Shown here piece by piece: positions 8,005-15,215 of a stretch of DNA of 23,325 bases. Both the position numbers and the translations under genes were made by a program. The notes under the pieces were generated by a model. It did no database searches. It had not been told where the DNA came from and saw only the letters and a program-made list of their open reading frames with translations. Numbering within the stretch: the first letter of the stretch is position 1; every line of letters starts with the position of its first letter. Origin of the DNA: Candidatus Sumerlaeia bacterium (GTDB lineage: Bacteria > Sumerlaeota > Sumerlaeia > SLMS01); the NCBI GenBank assembly GCA_038208905.1, contig JBBQYG010000053.1, forward strand, positions 1-23,325, in the 5' to 3' direction.

Positions 8005-9039
8005 TCAGAGCCGCGTCGCCTTGCCCAGCAGACCCGCCACATTGAGCCCCCCAAAGGCGCAGATCGCCATGACGATCATGTCGTCGATGGGGCCGGGTAG
8101 AAAGTCGGGCATGACGAAGTAGATAAGCCCGATGGCGATCCACGCACCACGCGAACCCCAGGCGAAGGCGGTCTCGACGGTGGACTCCGCGCCACCGCTC
8201 CGCAGGCGCGCCCCGGGGACGACCTCCCGCGCGATGGCGTCGTATTGCACAAGCTGGAATTCCAGCAGCCCGCCAAAGAGCGCCGGATCGTTCCCCAGCA
8301 TCACGCGCGTGTCGCCGGTGGGGAGCGAACCCTCCCGCACGAGTTCCCTCAGGTAGCGGATCTGGCTCGCGCCAAGGTGCCCCCTCAGGCGGTCGGGTAT
8401 CAGCAGCGCGATCTCCCACTGTATATAAAGAAATACGCCGAGGAACACGAAGCCCGCAAACGTCTGGGCGACGGGGTGAAAGAAGAGGCACACCAGGGTG
8501 ATCATTCCCGCGGCCACGAAGAGCGCCCCCCGCCCCCCGCCACGGCCCCCCGCAAGCAGCACGATCAGCGTGATGGCGAGCAGGATGAAGGACAGGAACG
8601 CGCGCATCACGCCGAGGATAAACGCCACGCCCGGGATCTGCCCCGTCGCCTCCATGATCTGCACCACGGGGACCTCGAGGAAGTCGGGCATCGCGCTGGT
8701 GCCGAGGGTGGGGCTGAGCGCCGCCGAGAGCGGGATCGTGAGCGTCGCGGCCAGCCCCGCGTAGAGCGCCTGGTTGCTGCGCCGACGCCAATCGCCCAGG
8801 ATGCGCCAGCGGAACACGAGCGTGAGGACGATGACGGCGGCGAGGAGCGCGCCGCAGATGAATCCAAACAGCGAGCGGTCCCACGGCCAGCCCATCGCAT
8901 CGCGCAGGAACAGCAGCGCGCCGAGGAGCAGCCCCGCGCGGAAGGAGAATTCGTGGAGGCGGAGTTCGCCGCTGGGCGCGGTGGTTTCGCTTTCCATGGA
9001 GGAGGGGCCGGGCAGCAGAATGCGCGTTGCGGTGCTCAT
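8005..9039 (-). CDS. Polytopic membrane protein with C-terminal DUF1232/YkvA-like motif (344 aa)
   Basis: About six hydrophobic segments, then a soluble ~85-aa region, then IGLIYFVMPDFLPGPIDDMIV, which resembles the YkvA Y..P.D..P..G..DD motif. Start overlaps the upstream stop (ATGA, 9036-9039). Confidence 0.65.
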   Translation of the reverse strand: MSTATRILLPGPSSMESETTAPSGELRLHEFSFRAGLLLGALLFLRDAMGWPWDRSLFGFICGALLAAVIVLTLVFRWRILGDWRRRSNQALYAGLAATLTIPLSAALSPTLGTSAMPDFLEVPVVQIMEATGQIPGVAFILGVMRAFLSFILLAITLIVLLAGGRGGGRGALFVAAGMITLVCLFFHPVAQTFAGFVFLGVFLYIQWEIALLIPDRLRGHLGASQIRYLRELVREGSLPTGDTRVMLGNDPALFGGLLEFQLVQYDAIAREVVPGARLRSGGAESTVETAFAWGSRGAWIAIGLIYFVMPDFLPGPIDDMIVMAICAFGGLNVAGLLGKATRL

Positions 9040-10058
9040 CGGCGCGCGGCCCCGATGTCGTGCACGGGGCTTCCCTTCTCGCCGGTCCAGGTGGTCGAGT
9101 CGTACCGCGTGAACGGCAGCGAGGGCCCGTGGATGGCGCGGTTTGCGATACGGATTTTTTCCACAATGCCCTCGATGGGAGAGGTCGCGCGCGGGCTGAC
9201 GGGCTGGAGATCCAGCCAGCGGTCGCTCTTCACCAGAAACCGCAGCGCCATCTGATAGTGAGCGCGCGCCTGGCGCAACCGCACGACGTCGGTTTGAAGA
9301 TACCCCTTCGCCTTCTCGGCGATGTCGTCGCCAAACGCCTCGAAGAGACGCGCCGCGCGGAGCCGTACGTCGAGGTTGCGCGGCGTGGTGGCCTCGGATC
9401 CAAGGAGCGCGTAGAGGGTGTCGATGCTGAGCGAGAGAATTTCCGGATCGCCGGAGCGCGAGAGAATCTGTTCCGCGCGGGCGAGCTTGAGTTCATCCAC
9501 CAGCCCCGCATAGCGCGCCCCCGACCCCTGGAGCGATTGCTCGGCGCGGGCGAGTTCCGCCTCCAGGCCGATGTTGCGCTCTCCCGTTCTCGACCGTCCC
9601 AGCATCGCAAACGCGACAACAACAGGGTGCTCCCGCACGGCGGCATCGGGCTGCGCGGCGATGGATTGCTTGATGGCGGCCCATTCGTTGCGGGCGGCGC
9701 GGGCCTCCAGTTCTGCAAGGAAGGCGCCGGTGGCGCGATCGACGGAGACGCGCTCGGCGTTAACCGGGGCGACGCCGGTCAGCGTGGTGGGCGCCTTGGG
9801 CAGGCGCCAGGTATTCCACGTCCCGCTTGATCCCGGGTCCGGGAACAACTTGATGCCAATGTAGATCGCGACAACCAGCAGGGGCGTGGCGGCCTTGAGC
9901 CAGATGCGCGGCGTGGACGATGCCCGCGGGGGCGGCGGGGGCGATTCGGCGGAGGCAGGCTCCGCGGGGACAAAAAGCGCGTCCCACTCCGGCGCCGCTG
10001 GAACCAGCTCGCCCGCTCCCCTTCTTTCTCCTTGGTCCGAACCGGAATCGTCGCTCAT
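9036..10058 (-). CDS. Hypothetical single-pass membrane protein with helical (TPR-like) C-terminal region (~340 aa)
   Basis: Disordered Pro-rich N-terminus, one TM segment (IWLKAATPLLVVAIYIGIKLF), Ala/Leu/Arg-rich amphipathic helices, and ATGA coupling to the next gene. Start ATG10058 (alternative 10118). Confidence 0.65.
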   Translation of the reverse strand: MSDDSGSDQGERRGAGELVPAAPEWDALFVPAEPASAESPPPPPRASSTPRIWLKAATPLLVVAIYIGIKLFPDPGSSGTWNTWRLPKAPTTLTGVAPVNAERVSVDRATGAFLAELEARAARNEWAAIKQSIAAQPDAAVREHPVVVAFAMLGRSRTGERNIGLEAELARAEQSLQGSGARYAGLVDELKLARAEQILSRSGDPEILSLSIDTLYALLGSEATTPRNLDVRLRAARLFEAFGDDIAEKAKGYLQTDVVRLRQARAHYQMALRFLVKSDRWLDLQPVSPRATSPIEGIVEKIRIANRAIHGPSLPFTRYDSTTWTGEKGSPVHDIGAARR

Positions 10059-10163
10059 GGTCCTGCGCGTGTTGGGATTCGCGATGGCATTTCGCGTCGT
10101 CGTTCTCTGCCTTGCCATCCAGGACAGGCAACCCGTAATTCTTGCCAGGAACCGCCGCCCGCG

Positions 10164-11759
10164 ATGACGGACTCGAACGAAAAAGTTGGCCCTGTCTTCC
10201 GCCTCGTCGAGTGGGGCGGATTCGCCGTCCTTCTACTGACCGCGATTCTGGTGCCTTTGTTTATCCTGCCGGTGAATTCGTTCATGCGTTTCGACACCGA
10301 CCGCGCCGAGTCGCTGATGGCGAAGCTGACGCTGCAACAGGGCCTGTGCGCGGCGGCGCTGGTGCTGGCGGCGGTGTCGCTGGCGGGGCCGCTTTGGCAA
10401 CGGTATCGCGGGGCGGCGGCTCTGCCGGCGGCGCTGCTTGCCGCGTTCGTCGCGTGGGGCGCGCTCTCCTGCATCGCGTCGCCGATTCCCGCCCACAGCT
10501 ATTACCACTGGCTGATCGTGGGGCTGCCCGCGGCGGTGGCGCTGGCGGGGCCGATGTTTTTCGGCGACCGGCGGCGCGTGCGCGCGCTGGTGATCGCCTT
10601 GGTTGCGATGGCGGTGGTGGTCGCGCTGATCGGGATATTCAGCGCCCTCGGCTGGCGCGGGTTCTGGATCTGGGCCTATGGAGTGGACCCGCGCGAGATG
10701 CTGACCGGCGCGGTATCCAGAAAGTACGAGGGCGGGGTGACGCGCAGCCTGAGCGCGAGCACGATGGGCAACGCGGAGTATGCCGGCAGCCTGATGGCGC
10801 CGATGATCGCGATCGCGGCGGTGCTGCTCTTCGACTGGGCGCCGGGCGCGCGTCGGCCGTGGGTGGCTCGCGGGGCGCTGTTGGCGGTGATCGGGATTCT
10901 CATGCTGGAACTCGCGCTCACGGGCTCTCGCCAGCCGTGGATCGCGCTGGCGCTGGCGGGCCTGCTGCGCCTGTTCCTCGCGTTGCGCCTGCCGGGCTGG
11001 ATCATGGCGGTGGTGTTTGCCGGGTTCCTGCTGGGGGCGTGCTTTGGCGGGATGCTGTGGGGCGTGGCGGCGCTGGCGGGGTTGACGCTGGCGGCGCTGG
11101 GCTGTGCGGCTTGGCGGGGAGATGCGGCGCGCGCGCTCCGCCAGGCCGACCGCGTGAATTGCGCCCTGGTGGTGGGCGGTCCGTTGATTGCGCTGGTGTT
11201 CCTCGCCGCGTTCTCGGTGCCGGGGCCGTGGAATCCCAGCGGGCTCCGCGTATATCAGCGCTTCGAGTCCATCGCGAAATCCAACGACGCCTCCGTGAGG
11301 GAACGCCTTCTGATGTTCGTGGCGGCGTCCCAGATGATACGCGAGGACCCGCTGCTCGGCGGCGGGGCGGGTCGCTACTCCAACCGCTTTTCGGAATCCA
11401 TCTATGAAATCGTGAAGACCGATGAGAGCGGCGCGGTTTTTCTCGCGCGGAACGAACTGGTTGGCAAAATCATCGACCAGTGCCACAACGACTATTTGCA
11501 GATCGCGACCGACATGGGCCTGGTGGCGCTGGCGCTGTTCCTCTCTCTGCTGGTCGCGGTGCTCTACCACCTTGCGCGGATCGCGGCCACGGAGCAGGGC
11601 GAGCGACGGATCCTGGCCTTGGCGCTGATCTGCTGCTTCGCCGGATTCGGGGTCATGATGCTGACCAGCTTTCCGCTCCAGATGCCCGGGCGTTCCTCGG
11701 TGTTCTGGGTGTCGATGGCGGGGGCGCTGGGCCTGATCGCGGAACGCCCGCGTGTCTGA
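10164..11759 (+). CDS. O-antigen ligase / Wzy_C-family membrane protein (WaaL/PglL-like), 531 aa
   Basis: STMGNAEYAG, LTGSRQPW, SVRERL..., PLLGGGAGRY and QCHNDYLQIATDMGLV are Wzy_C motifs; many TM helices. Start ATG10164 after AGGA. Confidence 0.85.
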   Translation: MTDSNEKVGPVFRLVEWGGFAVLLLTAILVPLFILPVNSFMRFDTDRAESLMAKLTLQQGLCAAALVLAAVSLAGPLWQRYRGAAALPAALLAAFVAWGALSCIASPIPAHSYYHWLIVGLPAAVALAGPMFFGDRRRVRALVIALVAMAVVVALIGIFSALGWRGFWIWAYGVDPREMLTGAVSRKYEGGVTRSLSASTMGNAEYAGSLMAPMIAIAAVLLFDWAPGARRPWVARGALLAVIGILMLELALTGSRQPWIALALAGLLRLFLALRLPGWIMAVVFAGFLLGACFGGMLWGVAALAGLTLAALGCAAWRGDAARALRQADRVNCALVVGGPLIALVFLAAFSVPGPWNPSGLRVYQRFESIAKSNDASVRERLLMFVAASQMIREDPLLGGGAGRYSNRFSESIYEIVKTDESGAVFLARNELVGKIIDQCHNDYLQIATDMGLVALALFLSLLVAVLYHLARIAATEQGERRILALALICCFAGFGVMMLTSFPLQMPGRSSVFWVSMAGALGLIAERPRV

Positions 11760-13209
11760 CCGGGCGCGCTCCGCCGCGGCGCTGGCGCCGCTCTGCATGG
11801 TGGCGGGATTCCTTTTTCTCGCGCCGCTCTTCGTGACGGAAATCGTGCTCCAGAAGTGGTGGTGGGCGGGATTGCATTTCTGGCGCTTGCCGGTGCTTCC
11901 GGTGGCGTGGGGCGTCGTCGCCGCGCTGATCCCGGTGGCGGTATTGCTGGCCCCCGACGATGTCTATACACGGGCCCGCTCCGCGGTGCGCGCGCGCATC
12001 GCGGAGCTCCCGCCGCGGCTGCTCCATCCCGCCGCGCTCCTGTGCGCTGGCATTTTCCTCCTGTGGATTTTCCGCTCCGTTTCGCTGATCTTCGGCGACG
12101 CCTATTTCTATGTGACCGATTTGATCCCGACTCAGGCCTTCAGCGACCGCGGCATGATTATCATGTTCGATTCCGTCGGCGCCACGTTCATGTATTCGTT
12201 CGGCTATCGCTTTGCGAATCTGTGGTTCGGGCTCGACGTGCTGCAGTGGTACAATGTCGCGGGAATCGCGACGCTACTTGCGTTCCTCGCGTGGGCGTGG
12301 CGCGCGCGCGGCAGGCGCCGCTTTCTGGGCACGGGCCTCGTGCTCGCGCTCTTGTTCACCGGCAACTGGTCCCAGGCCACGATGGGCGCGCCAGAGCACT
12401 ATGGCCAGCTCCTCCTCGCGATCCTCGCCTTCTCGATCCTGGCCTGGGAGAGCTTCGAGGGCCGCGAGCCCACGTGGAAACCCTGCCTCGCCTACTCCCT
12501 TGGCGCGTTCTTCCACCTCGGCATCGGCTGGATGTTTCCCGCGCTGCTCTGGCTCGTGGCGCGGCGATGGAAGAGGGACAACTCGATCGAGCGCACATTC
12601 GCCCTCCTCGCCATGATCCTCCCCGCGCTGCTGACCGGCGTGATGACCTACGATCTCGGTTTCGACCTGACGTTCTTCACCGCCAGCAACGCCGGTAAGG
12701 GGAAGTTCATCCCGCTCATCGGCCCCACCCATCCGTGGTCCGGCGCCAACTATCAGTATGCCACCTTTGACCCGCGCCACCTGGCCCACATCGCCCAGGA
12801 GGTCGTCCTCATGGGCTGGCCGGGCCTGCTGCTGATCGCTGGCGCGCTCCCCCACGCGGAATGGCGATGGTTCGCGCGCAACGAGAAGGGCGTCTTCCTC
12901 CTCGCCATGCTCGGCGGCGCGCTGCTGCTGTGCCTGCTGTGGAATCCCGACCTGGAATTCTGGCGCGACCAGGACCTCTTCTCCATGGTCGGCATTCCCG
13001 TCTGCCTCGTCGGCGTCGTCGCCGTCCTCGGCCCGCCCGGCGACCGCATGTCCCCCGCGCTCCGCCAACGACTCCTCGCCGCCGCCCTCCTCGGCGGACT
13101 CGCTTGGCGCATCCCCGTGATCCTCTACCACAGCGTGCTGGCGCTGAACTACTTCGACTCGGGCGTAACCGGCGCGTGGTGGCCGTTCGAGGTTTCATTC
13201 GCGCGGTAG
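11752..13209 (+). CDS. Polytopic membrane protein, putative GT-C-fold glycosyltransferase (DUF2723/TMEM260-like motifs)
   Basis: More than ten hydrophobic segments; first loop FGDAYFY; WSQATMGAPEHY; GAFFHLG...FPALL; WNPDL..WRDQDLF. GTG start overlaps the upstream gene by 8 nt. The gene is well supported; the family call is inference. Confidence 0.55.
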   Translation: MSDRARSAAALAPLCMVAGFLFLAPLFVTEIVLQKWWWAGLHFWRLPVLPVAWGVVAALIPVAVLLAPDDVYTRARSAVRARIAELPPRLLHPAALLCAGIFLLWIFRSVSLIFGDAYFYVTDLIPTQAFSDRGMIIMFDSVGATFMYSFGYRFANLWFGLDVLQWYNVAGIATLLAFLAWAWRARGRRRFLGTGLVLALLFTGNWSQATMGAPEHYGQLLLAILAFSILAWESFEGREPTWKPCLAYSLGAFFHLGIGWMFPALLWLVARRWKRDNSIERTFALLAMILPALLTGVMTYDLGFDLTFFTASNAGKGKFIPLIGPTHPWSGANYQYATFDPRHLAHIAQEVVLMGWPGLLLIAGALPHAEWRWFARNEKGVFLLAMLGGALLLCLLWNPDLEFWRDQDLFSMVGIPVCLVGVVAVLGPPGDRMSPALRQRLLAAALLGGLAWRIPVILYHSVLALNYFDSGVTGAWWPFEVSFAR

Positions 13210-13435
13210 CATGGGCGTCCTGCCGCGAGTTAACCGAACCCCAAAAGGCGTCCACTCCACCAGCCAGCGCAAGCGCGCCTGCCAGCGATTGCCCGCTTCA
13301 GCGGGCAGTGAGAGGGTGGAACAACCCGGCAGGCGGGTGTCTATACAAACGGCACTGCGGCGGATTGCGTGGATTCAGGCGGGGTTCCACCGGAGCTTCC
13401 GGGTACCGGCGCACGGGCGGGACGCACCGTGCCAC
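13206..13435. repeat. REP/REPIN-like inverted pair enclosing nested stems, between convergent genes
   Basis: GTAGCATGGGCGTCCTGCCGCG (13206-13227) versus the reverse complement of 13412-13435, GTGGCACGGTGCGTCCCGCCCGTG. Both begin with GTRG. Several nested internal stems. Confidence 0.55.
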
Positions 13436-13506
13436 TTTGCCTCGCGGTCCCGCTCGCGAGTGGGTACGAACCGAAAGGCGTTGGCTATGTCATTCGGGAA
13501 AACGCC

Positions 13507-13812
13507 CTACACCGCCTCGAACGCCTTCTCCACCCCCGCGGCCAACTGGGTGTCCAGCGTGGTCACCGCGTTGTGCTTGTGGGTGCCGCAGAAGATCTTC
13601 ACCTTGCTGAAGGCGATGTGGATGTCGGGGTGGTGGTCGAGCTTGGTGGCAAGCTCGGCGACGGCGTTGACGAACTCGATGGCTTGGGCAAAGGTCTTGA
13701 ACGTGTAGGTTTTGGCTATTTGCTTGCCCCGAAGCTCCCACCCCGGAAGGTCCATCAGGGCATCGGCAATCTGGCCTTCGTCGAGGACGCTCTTGTCCGG
13801 TCCGGGCACCAC
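13507..13812 (-). CDS. phhB: Pterin-4-alpha-carbinolamine dehydratase (PhhB/PCD family)
   Basis: LPGW, KTYTFKTFAQAIEFVNAVAELA, DHHPDI, TH..NAVTTLDTQLA. AAGGAG RBS 10 nt before GTG13812. Confidence 0.92.
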   Translation of the reverse strand: MVPGPDKSVLDEGQIADALMDLPGWELRGKQIAKTYTFKTFAQAIEFVNAVAELATKLDHHPDIHIAFSKVKIFCGTHKHNAVTTLDTQLAAGVEKAFEAV

Positions 13813-13924
13813 GATTGATCGTCTCCTTGGCTTCGCGCCGCTGGCGCCCCGCCGTTAGTTCGTTACGCTGACGAGGTTTAGAAGCAAAGAGCGCCTGGCT
13901 GCAAGAAGAACACGCACGATTCCG

Positions 13925-14992
13925 ATGAAAAAGCTGACGGCGCTGGACATCGACGGTTTGTGGCTCCTGCTCGACAACGGGCGGGCGGGGGAGGTGTTGG
14001 CCGCCCTGGGGCCTGTCTCGGATTCCGACCACACGGTGGCGCGGACGCTTTCGGGCCTGGCGCACTATGAACTTGGCGACCACGCGGCGGCGCGCGCGGA
14101 CTTGGAGGCGGTGCTGGCCCGCGAGGCCCAGAACCCCGTGGCGCGGCTGTTCCTGGCGCTTGTGCTGTTCGAGTTGGGCGAGGACACGGCCGCGGGCGAG
14201 GCCCTGGGCGCGGCGGTGCTGCACCCGCATCGCGGGTTCCTGTTCCGGTTTCTGGCGACGTTCTGGCCGCTGAGGTTCACCACCTCCCTCGGGAAGTTCG
14301 AGCGGGTGGAATCCGCCCTGCCGGTTCTTCCGCCGCCGCCCATGCAGGTGGCCGAGCTGCGCGAGGACGAGGAGGCGGTGGCCGGGGTAACCCGAATCGC
14401 CCGCGAACTGACGACGGCGGAGGGGAAGGAGGCTCGGCGGCTGAGGGCCAAGGCCACCTCGCTCGTCCGCCGGGGCTCGGCCCGCTATCTGGCGGGGAAG
14501 CCCCAAGAGGCGCGCGCCCTGTTCACGGAAGCCCAGGCCATCGCCCCGGAGAGCGAGGAAGTCGCCTCCCACTTTGCCTATGTCGAGCTGGTCTCCGGCG
14601 ACCCGGCGGTGGCGCGGCGCGCGCTGGAGCCCGTGGTGGCAGCCCGCATGGCGGCGTATGAGGCGACGCGCCAGCCCGAGGCCCTTCCCCGGGTGGATAC
14701 ACTGGTTTGCTATGCCTGGGCTCTGCATGAGGGGGGCCTGCACGAGGACGCCTTGGGGGTGCTGTCCCTGGTGCATCCCGAGGGGCCCGAGGACTATGGC
14801 TCCCACTATGTGGCGTGCCTGTGCTGGCTCATGCTGGCGCGCGGCGGCACAGAGGGGGCGACGGGCAGGGCGCGCGAGGCCTTTGCGGAGGCGATCGGGC
14901 CCTTTTACATCGATACGTGGGAGCATTTGCTGAAGCCCTTCGTGGGGACCGTGGGCCGATGGCTGCGCGCGGGGGGGCGGCAGGCCGGGTAG
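13925..14992 (+). CDS. Tetratricopeptide-repeat (TPR)-like protein (355 aa)
   Basis: Repeated helical pairs such as LSGLAHYELGDHAAARADLEAVLAREAQNPVARLFLALVLFELG and GSARYLAGKPQEARALFTEAQAIAPES. No signal peptide. Confidence 0.75.
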   Translation: MKKLTALDIDGLWLLLDNGRAGEVLAALGPVSDSDHTVARTLSGLAHYELGDHAAARADLEAVLAREAQNPVARLFLALVLFELGEDTAAGEALGAAVLHPHRGFLFRFLATFWPLRFTTSLGKFERVESALPVLPPPPMQVAELREDEEAVAGVTRIARELTTAEGKEARRLRAKATSLVRRGSARYLAGKPQEARALFTEAQAIAPESEEVASHFAYVELVSGDPAVARRALEPVVAARMAAYEATRQPEALPRVDTLVCYAWALHEGGLHEDALGVLSLVHPEGPEDYGSHYVACLCWLMLARGGTEGATGRAREAFAEAIGPFYIDTWEHLLKPFVGTVGRWLRAGGRQAG

Positions 14993-15215
14993 GGGGCTTG
15001 CCCCGCGGCTCTGGGGGAATGGGGGCCGGGCATTGGGGGATTCGCCTGCCGGAGTCTCCATTCCATGCGGTGACCGTTGAACTTTGCCTTGCACGGTTGC
15101 GGGCCATGCGGGCATTAAGCGGGCGTTACAACATGGGAACCCGCACGCCATCAGGAGCATGGCGTCGTGCCCGGCGTGTCGGTGGCTGGCAGAAGAACCG
15201 GAGGTCTTGGAAGTC

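Noticed and set aside
13211..13708. 165-aa ORF across the structured intergenic region
   Set aside because: Atypical composition, overlaps phhB in antisense, and is better explained by the repeat element.
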